In this document: one piece after another, positions 54,640 through 64,000 of the stretch
Position numbering within the stretch: the stretch's first letter is position 1
Layout of the letters: each line of letters opens with the position of its first letter
IMG/VR virus record: IMGVR_UViG_3300032294_002823
DNA from: a virus
Direction: 5' to 3' (one strand)
DNA length: 64,000 nucleotides
Translations under genes and position numbers: made by a program
The notes under the pieces: model-generated
Told to the model about the DNA's origin: nothing
The model's input: only the letters and a program-made list of their open reading frames with translations
Database searches by the model: none

Positions 54640-55650
54640 ATGGTCAAGTTGGATTTTGATGATGTCTTAATTGTACCACAATTTTCTGACATTACATCAC
54701 GTAGTCAGGTAGATGTGACTACAACAATCCAAGGCAGGTGGGGCACATCCATCACGGGTGTCCCCATCATTGCTGCCAATATGGATGGTGTCGGTACATT
54801 TAGTATGCATCGTGCATTAAAGAAGTTCGATATGTTTACTGCCATCACAAAACATCACATGTTAGATGATTGGATGGTGCAAGAAGATATCTCCCATGCC
54901 TTCTTAACAATTGGTATGAGTGATGATGACCTGTGTAAGGCGGTAGATGTGTCACAATATATGCGCAACAAGGGACTGAAGCCGAAAATTGTCATTGATG
55001 TGGCGAATGGTTACATGAACACCTTCTATGATTTCGTTTCGCGTGTGCGCGAGAGCATACCTGACGCCTTCATCATGGCAGGAACCGTAGTTACACCTGA
55101 GGCAGTTGAGCGTGTGATCCTGTCAGGCGCAGATTTAGCGCGGGTGGGCATTGGAACCGGTGCTGTATGTACTACACGGCGTGTTGCGGGTGTGGGTTAT
55201 CCGCAATTTTCTGCTCTCATGGAGTGTGTTCCTGCTGCTGAAGGCGTAGGAGGCGGTGTTCAGAGCGACGGCGGGTGTGTTTTTCCTGGTGATTTCTCAA
55301 AAGCACTAGCCGTGGGAGCACAAATGGTGATGGCAGGCAGTATTTTTGCCGGTCATGATGAGTCTGAACAAGAAATCCGTGATGGAAAAGTGACTTTTTA
55401 CGGCATGAGTAGCCATGCAGCTCAAAAAAAGCACAATCAAGTGAAAAATTACCGTGCTTCCGAAGGGCGGGTCGTACAAATCCCGTACAAGGGACTGGTG
55501 GAACACACTGTTATTGATATTTTGGGTGGAATTCGTTCAACGTGTGCCTATATTGACGCGATAAATATCTCAGAAATGCCTGAAAAGGCACAATTCATCC
55601 AAGTAAACAATGTCCTTAACCGCTCTTTAGAGCAATACACGGTGCGATGA
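54640..55650 (+). CDS. guaC: GMP reductase
   Basis: KLDFDDVLI-P, PIIAANMD-VGT, DVANGY, GIG-G-VCTTR, DGG, FYGMSS, YRASEG. Confidence 0.93.
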   Translation: MVKLDFDDVLIVPQFSDITSRSQVDVTTTIQGRWGTSITGVPIIAANMDGVGTFSMHRALKKFDMFTAITKHHMLDDWMVQEDISHAFLTIGMSDDDLCKAVDVSQYMRNKGLKPKIVIDVANGYMNTFYDFVSRVRESIPDAFIMAGTVVTPEAVERVILSGADLARVGIGTGAVCTTRRVAGVGYPQFSALMECVPAAEGVGGGVQSDGGCVFPGDFSKALAVGAQMVMAGSIFAGHDESEQEIRDGKVTFYGMSSHAAQKKHNQVKNYRASEGRVVQIPYKGLVEHTVIDILGGIRSTCAYIDAINISEMPEKAQFIQVNNVLNRSLEQYTVR

Positions 55651-55760
55651 TGAAAATTATAGATAAAATTGTTGATTGGCTCATAGAAAAACTTTATAAC
55701 TACAAATTAAAGCGAAGAATGGAAGATATTCGAAAGAAAGATCCTTTCATTTATCCATAA
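55647..55760 (+). CDS. Small hypothetical protein (37 aa)
   Basis: ATGA overlap; RKKDPFIY C-terminal motif. Confidence 0.6.
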   Translation: MMKIIDKIVDWLIEKLYNYKLKRRMEDIRKKDPFIYP

Positions 55761-55763
55761 GTT

Positions 55764-56363
55764 ATGAAAAATTTGATTTCACATCATCGTGTAATAGATT
55801 GGATGAATATTATCCGAGAAACACCTGATAATTATCGTATTCTAGAAAATTTCTGGGCAAGTCAACTGAATAGTAAGGCTTGGCTCGTTAATATATTGAA
55901 TGCATATACAGATATACCACCTGGCACTGTGTATATTTTTGGTGGATGGTATGGAATACTAGCACAAATGATTGTTGACAATTTTCAAGAGGTGAATGTC
56001 ATCTCCATTGACAAGGATCCTGAGTGTGCTAGTCTAGGATCAAGATTATGTAACTATGATAGTAGAATTACATTTGTGTGCGATGACATGCAAACGTTTT
56101 CATCCTATGAGAAAACATCCTTGGTCATAAATACGTCTACTGAACATGTTACACAAGAAATTTTTAATGATTGGTTAAATAAAATCCCTGAATGTAGTTT
56201 AGTTGCTTTACAAGGCAACAATTATTTTTCATGTCTAGAGCATGTTCGGTGTTTTTCTACACTACAAGAATTCACATCACATAATCCTCTTTCACGCACA
56301 CTATTTTCAGGAAACTTAGATTGTATACAGTTCACCCGATATATGAGTTTAGGATATAAATGA
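55764..56363 (+). CDS. Class I SAM-dependent methyltransferase-like protein
   Basis: SQ--SK-WL, FGGWYG, SID-D, INTS-EH. Confidence 0.8.
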   Translation: MKNLISHHRVIDWMNIIRETPDNYRILENFWASQLNSKAWLVNILNAYTDIPPGTVYIFGGWYGILAQMIVDNFQEVNVISIDKDPECASLGSRLCNYDSRITFVCDDMQTFSSYEKTSLVINTSTEHVTQEIFNDWLNKIPECSLVALQGNNYFSCLEHVRCFSTLQEFTSHNPLSRTLFSGNLDCIQFTRYMSLGYK

Positions 56364-57340
56364 CCAACAAAGAATATAGAAAGTATGTACATGATATGTA
56401 CATGAATAATTTTGTACGCCAAGGAAAAAAACCTAAAGCGTTACAAATATTTGGTGATAGTTTTGGGCATTTTAGTGGTGATGATACTTGGATAGGAGTG
56501 TTAGCAAAAAAATTTGACATCCCTGTATTCAACTATGCATGGGCTGGCAGTAATTTATCTTTTACTCTGAGTCAATTTTATAAAAATTATGACAAAGAAT
56601 GTTTAAATATTTTTTTAGTAACCGGAGAAGGACGAATTTCTGCAAAATCTGACCTTTTAAAGTCAGGAGAGTATTTAACAAAACAATTTATTCCTGATAT
56701 ATTTGCATGTGGTGCTGCAGGTGACGCAACTGACCATATTGTTCAGTTTGTAAATCATGCAAACTTACTTCCTGATAACATTAAGAAAGAATATAAAGAT
56801 GCCATAGGTGGTTATTTTAAAATGTTATATGATCCTGTAATCGAGGCAATGATTTGGCGTCCAGTTCTAGAAAATTTATTTGTGCATTACGATAACACAG
56901 TATTTTTAAACTGTTTTAATACTTTGAAGATACAGGAATATATAGGAAACGTTAGAAAAGAATTTCGTATTCCTAATTTATTAGAATGCGATTTATTTCA
57001 ATTATCAACTGCTAAATCATATTTTGAAGTTCCTACATCTAACACGTTGATTGCATTATCTGAAATATCATGCTCCTTTGACCGAGTTCATCAGGCTAAA
57101 TGGAACAATATGAAAAATCATTTTTCTGCAAAAATGAATAGTTTAATTGGTGAGCAATTGTACGCAATTTTCATATCCAATGAAAAAATTTTCATTACAT
57201 ATGATGATTGTTGTGATTTGTCTGAAAATGATTTACTTACAGATGGTATACCATGGCGCAACGAAGCTAACTTGCGTTTAAAAATTGCAAAAGATTACAA
57301 CAACCCTAATATGAAAAACGTTTTACCGGTGGGGCTATAA
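56360..57340 (+). CDS. SGNH/GDSL-like protein
   Basis: FGDSF, W---L, NYA-AGS, NH near C-terminus. Confidence 0.6.
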   Translation: MTNKEYRKYVHDMYMNNFVRQGKKPKALQIFGDSFGHFSGDDTWIGVLAKKFDIPVFNYAWAGSNLSFTLSQFYKNYDKECLNIFLVTGEGRISAKSDLLKSGEYLTKQFIPDIFACGAAGDATDHIVQFVNHANLLPDNIKKEYKDAIGGYFKMLYDPVIEAMIWRPVLENLFVHYDNTVFLNCFNTLKIQEYIGNVRKEFRIPNLLECDLFQLSTAKSYFEVPTSNTLIALSEISCSFDRVHQAKWNNMKNHFSAKMNSLIGEQLYAIFISNEKIFITYDDCCDLSENDLLTDGIPWRNEANLRLKIAKDYNNPNMKNVLPVGL

Positions 57341-58503
57341 TGAAAAATTTTTGCGCTGAACCTTGGAAGCAGTTGTTTATTGGTCCGGATAGTAAGGTTA
57401 AGACCTGCTGTTCAGGAAGAGATCCTATAGGAGACCTTCAAGAGAATAATTTATCAGAAATTATTCAAGGTGAAAAGCTTAGAGAAATAAAACTGTCCAT
57501 TTTAGAGGATAAACAACATTCTAATTGTGGACTTTGTTATGAACTAGAAGCTAATGGAGCCTTCACTGCATCTCAAAGAAATAGAACAAAGGATGACTAT
57601 CTTACCAACTTAGATTTCTATAAAAATAACATTGATTATCATACCCCGGAAATTTTAGATATCAGATGGGATAATACATGTAATTTGGCATGTAATTATT
57701 GTATGCCATATTTTAGTTCAGTGTGGGCTTCAATTAAAAAGGAAACTCAGGTTGCTCCTAGAACAAATGATGGGGTATTAGAATATGCCATATCAAAGAA
57801 GGATGAAATACAGAGCTTGTATCTTTTAGGAGGAGAACCTTTCTTACAAAAAAGAAATCTTTCGCTATTAGAAAATATATCCGAAAAAATTCATCCTGTA
57901 GTTGTAACAAATTTAAGTGTTCCTCTAGGTACAAATAAAATATATGAAGTGTTATCATCTAAATTTAAAAGAGTGTCTTTTAATCTAAGTTTTGATACTA
58001 TCGGTGATAGATTTGAATACGTTAGACATGGTGCCTCATGGTCTGTATTTCTTGATAACTTAGAAATTATTAAAAAAGATTTTAACGAACATCCCATGGC
58101 GCGCCCTTTATATTGTATCTACTCTGCATTCAATATTGAAGAATATTACGATTTTTGTGTAGCGAATGATTTAACAATTCTTTGGCAAAAAATGGAGCAT
58201 CCCAGAGAACTTAACGTAAATTTATTGCCCGCAGAATTGAAACAAAAAGCCATACAAGAGATTGACAATGTAGTAAAGAAATTTAGTAAATATGATAAGA
58301 ATATAAATTGTGGTCACTTACAACATTTAGACCTCGATAATCTAAAAAGTATAGGTGATAGCTTGAAAGAAAATACAACACATAATGCACATGATGTGTT
58401 GGAATATCACAAAACTTTAGAAAACGTTTATCATAATAAAAAACATACATTACAAGATTTGTGGCCTGAAGTTTACAATGAACTAATAAAATATACGGTA
58501 TGA
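57340..58503 (+). CDS. Radical SAM protein with N-terminal twitch/SPASM-like domain
   Basis: CNLACNYC; GGEPF; N-terminal C-PW...CC...C--C. Confidence 0.9.
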   Translation: MKNFCAEPWKQLFIGPDSKVKTCCSGRDPIGDLQENNLSEIIQGEKLREIKLSILEDKQHSNCGLCYELEANGAFTASQRNRTKDDYLTNLDFYKNNIDYHTPEILDIRWDNTCNLACNYCMPYFSSVWASIKKETQVAPRTNDGVLEYAISKKDEIQSLYLLGGEPFLQKRNLSLLENISEKIHPVVVTNLSVPLGTNKIYEVLSSKFKRVSFNLSFDTIGDRFEYVRHGASWSVFLDNLEIIKKDFNEHPMARPLYCIYSAFNIEEYYDFCVANDLTILWQKMEHPRELNVNLLPAELKQKAIQEIDNVVKKFSKYDKNINCGHLQHLDLDNLKSIGDSLKENTTHNAHDVLEYHKTLENVYHNKKHTLQDLWPEVYNELIKYTV

Positions 58504-60020
58504 CATCTGAATATGGTGACCGCGCTCAGTTAATGCGCGAAAAATTAAATAGTACTAGCCCGTCATTATGCTTGGCAAAATGGCTTCAAGTAAGTCTACA
58601 TTTACCACAGGGAAGAACGCAAAGTTGCTATCATCCCCCAACACATTCCATTCCAGTAGAACTGTTAAAAAAGAATCCCGGTACACTTCATAATACACCC
58701 ACGAAAATTGCTGAACGTGAACAAATGATGAACGGTGAGCGTCCAGAAGGATGCTCATATTGTTGGAAAATTGAGGATGCAAAAAGTGATGATCCCAAGG
58801 GGCATATGAGTGACCGCCACTATCGTAGTAGTGAATGGTGGGCAGCACCCGCCTTTGACGAAATTGTTGCTGATGGCAGTAAATGGTCAGGTGCGCCGCG
58901 ATATGTTGAGGTAAATTTCAATCAAGCGTGTAATTTTAAATGTATGTATTGTAGTCCACATCTGAGTACCACATGGCAAGAGGACATTGAAACTCATGGA
59001 CCGTTTACATTACATGACCATGTACACAATGACATCTCAGCCTTGGAACAAAATGGCATGATGCCTTTAAAAATTTCTTCTAAAGAAAATCCTTATGTGC
59101 AGGCATTCTGGGAATGGTGGCCTGAGATATACAGAAAGTTGCGTGTTTTCCGTATGACTGGCGGCGAACCTTTAATGGATAAAAACACTTTCAAAATTCT
59201 TGATTATGTGAATGAAAATCCTCATGGTCAACTTGAGCTAAGTATCACTAGTAATTTTTGCCCCCCTGACCAAAAATTATTCGAAACATTTTTAGATAAG
59301 GTAAAGAAGTTAGAAGAAATTCGTGTGTGGGATGATCCCGAGAATTTCAATGAAAATTCAGGAAATTATGCCTACGTTGCCCCCGCCTACAAACACTTCA
59401 TGCTATTCATTAGCCTTGATGGTGTAGGGGAGCAGGCAGAATACATGCGCGATGGATTAAATTATGAAAGATTACTTGAAAATGTTCGCACATTCCTTCG
59501 TGAAACTCATCATACAAGTGTTAGTTTTATAAACACGTTTAATCTACTTAGTATTCCTAGCCTTCAAAAATTCATGGAGCTAATATTAGAGCTTCGAAAA
59601 GAATTTGGAGGAAAAAATCAAAAACGTATATTGTTTACTCCTCCCCCATCGCATAATATAATTCATCCTCCATATGAATTGAAAAAATTTCAGAGAGTGT
59701 GGTTTGATATTCCTTTGTTACGCTATCCCAATTGGTTCAGTGTTCAAAATGCTCAACCAAAGGAACTTGAAGAAGTAAAGAAGGTGTTGGCGTTTATGGA
59801 AGAACATGTTCAAGATGAAAATTATGCCGATACCTTCGAAGGATTTAAGCCTTATGAAATCCTTAAATTGAAACGTGATATTGCTGTGATGGAAGAGGGG
59901 CTAAATAGTTTTCAGATAGACTTGAATCGTAAAAATTTACAAAAGTTTATTGTACAATATGATGCTCGTAGAAACAAATCTTTCATCAATACATTCCCAA
60001 CGCTGGTCGAATATGTCTGA
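58500..60020 (+). CDS. Radical SAM protein with N-terminal twitch/SPASM-like domain
   Basis: CNFKCMYC; TGGEPL; CLAKW...SCYHP...CSYCW. Confidence 0.9.
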   Translation: MTSEYGDRAQLMREKLNSTSPSLCLAKWLQVSLHLPQGRTQSCYHPPTHSIPVELLKKNPGTLHNTPTKIAEREQMMNGERPEGCSYCWKIEDAKSDDPKGHMSDRHYRSSEWWAAPAFDEIVADGSKWSGAPRYVEVNFNQACNFKCMYCSPHLSTTWQEDIETHGPFTLHDHVHNDISALEQNGMMPLKISSKENPYVQAFWEWWPEIYRKLRVFRMTGGEPLMDKNTFKILDYVNENPHGQLELSITSNFCPPDQKLFETFLDKVKKLEEIRVWDDPENFNENSGNYAYVAPAYKHFMLFISLDGVGEQAEYMRDGLNYERLLENVRTFLRETHHTSVSFINTFNLLSIPSLQKFMELILELRKEFGGKNQKRILFTPPPSHNIIHPPYELKKFQRVWFDIPLLRYPNWFSVQNAQPKELEEVKKVLAFMEEHVQDENYADTFEGFKPYEILKLKRDIAVMEEGLNSFQIDLNRKNLQKFIVQYDARRNKSFINTFPTLVEYV

Positions 60021-60900
60021 AAAATTTCTTTATTTTACCGGGGATAGTTTCACGGCAGGATCAGAACTTGCTGATGATTATTTTGTAGAATGGCCTGGAT
60101 TACTAGACTATGAAGACCGTATGTATAGAAATCCAGAAAATATTGAAAAATGGTTAAAAAGTGTATCTAATTTAGTAGACTGTTTACCTGAGGACGAATT
60201 TAAAAAATTTGATGCCATAGAAAAACAAAGAGTCTGGGCTAATATTGTATCCCGTGAATTGGGCGTAAAGCATTTCAATGGAGCATCAGGTGGTTCTTCC
60301 TTAGAGGCCATGTTACATAGAAGTGTAATTCATTTCAAAGAACTAGAAAAACAGAATATTTTTCCTTCTCTTGCTGTTGTGCAACTAACGGATGTATTTC
60401 GAATTGGTGGGTTCTATGACACCATAAATATGTCAAGAAGATTTCGCGGTAGTTTCAGAAATAAGTTCGACGTATCGTATATGCTAAATACTTTTGCTGT
60501 TAATATGAAAGCGGCTCAATTTTATATAGGATCTGAAGGTAATTTTGGTATATGGATACGTTATCTTAACACATTATCGTTGATTAATAATTTCTTTTTA
60601 GCTAAAACAGGAAAACTTCCTATTTTTGTTGATGTATACTTACAAACTATGCGAGGGGAAGAACTTAACGAGCTAATAAAGAATGCAGGTGATAATAAAG
60701 ATTTTCAAAATCTTTTAGAGGAATCAAGGATTTTGACGCTTCAGGACACAGAGTTAGATATGTCAAAATTCCAACGAGAGTTAAACAAAAACGAAGAAAA
60801 TCATAAATTGAAATTGTGGTCACCTGGAGGGCATTTCAGTCCTCTGTTTAATGAAATGTTTGGTATACATGCAGCTAAAATTATTGGAGAACATCTATGA
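60013..60900 (+). CDS. SGNH/GDSL-like protein
   Basis: GDSFTAG, N----G-S, GGH. Confidence 0.6.
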   Translation: MSEKFLYFTGDSFTAGSELADDYFVEWPGLLDYEDRMYRNPENIEKWLKSVSNLVDCLPEDEFKKFDAIEKQRVWANIVSRELGVKHFNGASGGSSLEAMLHRSVIHFKELEKQNIFPSLAVVQLTDVFRIGGFYDTINMSRRFRGSFRNKFDVSYMLNTFAVNMKAAQFYIGSEGNFGIWIRYLNTLSLINNFFLAKTGKLPIFVDVYLQTMRGEELNELIKNAGDNKDFQNLLEESRILTLQDTELDMSKFQRELNKNEENHKLKLWSPGGHFSPLFNEMFGIHAAKIIGEHL

Positions 60901-62315
60901 GTAGAGTTGAATTTATTAAAAAAACCCGTGATAAGTTAAATGCCGTAAGTCCTAGCCTATGTGCGATGAAATGGTTGCACGAAACCTTGTACTTGCATAC
61001 AGGTGATAATCATAGCTGTTATCATCCTCGTCCGCAGCATATCCCTCTACATGAGATTGAGGCTAATCCTGCCGCCCTCCATAACACCCAGTGGAAAAAA
61101 GAACGTCGAAAAGAAATGTTATCGGGTGTGCGTCCAGAAGAATGTTACTATTGTTGGAATGTAGAAAATCTCGGTCCTGATTATATCAGTGATAGAATGA
61201 TTCATAGCTCTAGCGATTTCGCCGAACCTTTGATTGAAAAATTAGGACAAACACCATGGGACGCTGATGTCAATCCGCGTTATCTTGAATTGAGCTTCGG
61301 TAATGCCTGTAATTTTAAGTGTGGCTATTGCTGCCCACAGGCATCTACTTCATGGATGGATGAAATTAAAAAACATGGCAATTATGATTTGACATATAAT
61401 CAATATGGTGTTGAGTTTTTACAAAGACAGCTCCCTGATGGTCATGGCAAAAGTTATTATTCACCACGCGAAGAAAATCCATATGTAGACGCATTTTGGA
61501 AATGGTGGCCGAGTTTGCGTAAGGACCTACACACACTTCGGTTGACAGGTGGAGAACCTTTGATGAATCCTCCCACCTATCGCTTTTTAGATATTCTTGA
61601 CCAAGAACCCTCACCGGGATTAAATTTGTCTATGAATTCTAACATGGGTATTAGTTTTGAAAAATTTGATACAGCCATTGACAAAATACGTAAGTTGCTG
61701 GATGAAAAGAAAATCAAGAGTTTCACCCTATTCACTTCAATAGATAGTTGGGGACCAAAGGCAGAATATATGCGCGGAGGACTAGACTGTGCGCATTGGG
61801 AACGCAATCTACGATATTATCTGCACATGTTCCCACACGCCACAATCAATTTCATGTGTACATTCAATGTATTATGTGTCACTAACTTCCAGTTGTTGTT
61901 TGAAAAAATCATTGAGTGGAGAAAAGAATTTGGTGCAGGTAGAATTTCTTTTGACACGCCATACTTGAAAGAACCTCCACATTGGATGATTAACATTCTT
62001 CCTGAATCCTTTCATAAGTATATGGATGATAACATGAAGTTCTTACAAGATAATCAAGAGTGGTTCACTGATGTTGAAATTGAAAAGTGGAAGCGCGTTA
62101 CCGACTACATGAAAACACCATTAAATACATCTGCACATCCTCACTTAACCGATGATTTGATTCGTCGTGGTCGCCGGGATTTCTGGGTGTTCTTTAATGA
62201 ATATGATGCTCGTCGTGGATTAAATTTCGATGAAACATTCCCCGAGTACGTAGAATTTAAAAATTTCTGTAAAACAATTTACGAAGAATACGAAAATGAT
62301 AAACGAGCACAATAA
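60897..62315 (+). CDS. Radical SAM protein (paralog of 58500)
   Basis: CNFKCGYC; TGGEPL; shared NPYV-AFW-WWP. Confidence 0.9.
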   Translation: MSRVEFIKKTRDKLNAVSPSLCAMKWLHETLYLHTGDNHSCYHPRPQHIPLHEIEANPAALHNTQWKKERRKEMLSGVRPEECYYCWNVENLGPDYISDRMIHSSSDFAEPLIEKLGQTPWDADVNPRYLELSFGNACNFKCGYCCPQASTSWMDEIKKHGNYDLTYNQYGVEFLQRQLPDGHGKSYYSPREENPYVDAFWKWWPSLRKDLHTLRLTGGEPLMNPPTYRFLDILDQEPSPGLNLSMNSNMGISFEKFDTAIDKIRKLLDEKKIKSFTLFTSIDSWGPKAEYMRGGLDCAHWERNLRYYLHMFPHATINFMCTFNVLCVTNFQLLFEKIIEWRKEFGAGRISFDTPYLKEPPHWMINILPESFHKYMDDNMKFLQDNQEWFTDVEIEKWKRVTDYMKTPLNTSAHPHLTDDLIRRGRRDFWVFFNEYDARRGLNFDETFPEYVEFKNFCKTIYEEYENDKRAQ

Positions 62316-63525
62316 GAACACCTGGTGTGTTAATGCTGAACATAGTTTAAGTGTTGGCAATGATGGCGGCGCAAAAATTTGCTGTATGATTGAACATGAC
62401 TTAACTAACGAGGGTGTTCCTTTTAACGTAGCAAAAAATTCGTTGGATGAAATTTTTAATTGCTCGACCGCATCTAAAATACGAACAAGCCTTCGTGAAG
62501 GCATTCGTCATGAACAATGCAGAAAGTGTTGGGAGGAAGAAGATGCAGGGAGAAGTAGTAAAAGATTGCGTGATAATCAAGATTCGTATAGAAAATTTAA
62601 CGGATCCGGATTAAAAATATTGGAAATGAATCTAGGAACAACATGCAACATTAAATGTAGAACATGTAGTCCCTGGAGTAGTAGTCAATGGATTCGTGAA
62701 TGGTATGAACAGAAAGTAAAGGCAAGCGGTAAATCTTGGGAAGTATATTTAAAGGAACAAACAAAATTTGGAAGTTCATATGACGCAGAATCATTATTTT
62801 GGGATAGTGTGCATACTGTTCTACCAAATTTAGAACTAATGGATTTTTATGGAGGAGAACCTTTCCTCAGTAAAAAACAGTGGGAATTGATTAAGACAAG
62901 TGCAGAGAAGGGATACTCAAAAAATCAAAAGCTACATTATAATACCAATTGCACAATCTGGCCAGAAGAACATCTTGATTATCTTAATCAATTTAAACTC
63001 TTGGACATCGCCTTCAGTATTGATGGTGTAGGAGAACGAGGAGAATATGTTCGTTATCCTGCTCAATGGGATGTTGTTCAACAAAATGTAGATAGATGGC
63101 TACAATGGGCAGCGAACAAACCTAATGTTCAATTAAATGTCTGTTATACAATTAGTCCTCTAAATGTCTATTATATGAACGAAATGATAGAATGGGTAGA
63201 ACAAAAGAAAAAAGAATATGGAGAACATAAATTTGGTCTCTACTTAAATCTTGTTCATTATCCTGTCTATTATAATATACAGTTTATTCCCGATTACTAT
63301 AAGAAGGCAGTCACAGAAAAACATAAATCACTGTTAAATACAAATCAGTATCTAGAAGGTATAATACAATTCATGAACAATGGTGTATATAATGAAAATC
63401 ATTGGAAAGATTTCATTAAACATACAAAAATGTCTGATGATTTTAGAAAACAAGATTTTAAAAAGGTGTTCCCTGAGGTATTTTCTATAATGGAGGAAAA
63501 TGATGTCCTATCAATGGAACTATGA
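62296..63525 (+). CDS. Radical SAM protein with N-terminal twitch/SPASM-like domain
   Basis: CNIKCRTC; GGEPF. Confidence 0.9.
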   Translation: MINEHNKNTWCVNAEHSLSVGNDGGAKICCMIEHDLTNEGVPFNVAKNSLDEIFNCSTASKIRTSLREGIRHEQCRKCWEEEDAGRSSKRLRDNQDSYRKFNGSGLKILEMNLGTTCNIKCRTCSPWSSSQWIREWYEQKVKASGKSWEVYLKEQTKFGSSYDAESLFWDSVHTVLPNLELMDFYGGEPFLSKKQWELIKTSAEKGYSKNQKLHYNTNCTIWPEEHLDYLNQFKLLDIAFSIDGVGERGEYVRYPAQWDVVQQNVDRWLQWAANKPNVQLNVCYTISPLNVYYMNEMIEWVEQKKKEYGEHKFGLYLNLVHYPVYYNIQFIPDYYKKAVTEKHKSLLNTNQYLEGIIQFMNNGVYNENHWKDFIKHTKMSDDFRKQDFKKVFPEVFSIMEENDVLSMEL

Positions 63526-64000
63526 TACAATTAATCAAGTACACATAGAACTTTCCACGTACTGTAATGCCGCCTGCCCAATGTGTCCTCGACATGTGGT
63601 TGGTCCTGACCAAAGCGCCCTTCCCATTGTTCGACCTGAATTAGTATTAGAATCCATTACATATGAAAATTTTATAAAATGGTTTCCTGAAGATTTTGCA
63701 AAGAAAGTTAACATGTGGGTATTGTGTGGTACTCATGGTGATCCTATGATGAACAAGGATATTTTAAAAATTGTTCGGTACATTTGCGAAACCGGCGGTT
63801 CTATTTGGGCAAATACCAATGGCGGTATGCGAGACAAGGAGTTTTGGAAAGAGCTTGCTGAAATTACTCAGATAAACAAAAAACCATATTCAGAAAGATT
63901 AGTAATTTTTTCTATGGATGGGTTATGGGACACCAATCATTTATATCGTAGAAATGTTCCGTTTGAAAAAGCTGTAGGTAACGCCAAGGCATACATTGAC
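63500..64000 (+). CDS. Radical SAM protein (partial, runs off window)
   Basis: MMSYQWNYDTINQVHIELSTYCNAACPMCPR...CGTHGDP...NTNGG. Confidence 0.85.
   Translation, partial: MMSYQWNYDTINQVHIELSTYCNAACPMCPRHVVGPDQSALPIVRPELVLESITYENFIKWFPEDFAKKVNMWVLCGTHGDPMMNKDILKIVRYICETGGSIWANTNGGMRDKEFWKELAEITQINKKPYSERLVIFSMDGLWDTNHLYRRNVPFEKAVGNAKAYID

Noticed and set aside
1-64000. Stop-codon reassignment
   Set aside because: Recognisable genes are full length in code 11 and end in TAA, TGA or TAG; no suppressor tRNA was found

Overview
This 64 kb window comes from a large AT-rich T4-like (Tevenvirinae-like) myophage, and almost all genes are on the + strand. In order it contains: (1) late/virion genes under TATAAATA promoters (1-5.4 kb); (2) replication and nucleotide genes: gp61 primase, ThyX, MazG-like, class II RNR, thioredoxin, RNase H; (3) a cluster of 26 tRNAs (16.5-25.8 kb) with rare Ile-UAU and Ser-ACU anticodons, an HNH gene, host-like genes and at least two unexplained structured RNAs; (4) a late module of secreted/envelope proteins (CsgG-like, cohesin/dockerin-like, putative beta-barrel, nuclease, lipase; 28.4-36 kb); (5) an iteron-like repeat region at the only strand switch (~39 kb); (6) a GC-rich array of small genes built from repeated TAAGTG-N-CACTTA / GGGCTTGACAAATGG promoter elements that supply the upstream stop codons and predict leaderless mRNAs (39.6-45 kb); (7) auxiliary metabolic genes (IscA/ErpA, PurA, APS-kinase-like, sulfotransferase-like, QueC-like, UvsE, amidase, GuaC); and (8) a tandem array of radical SAM and SGNH-like genes running off the end. 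Several features together suggest an AT-rich phage adapted to a GC-rich host, possibly Gemmatimonadota (inference). All calls come from reading the sequence and motifs by eye; no searches were run.
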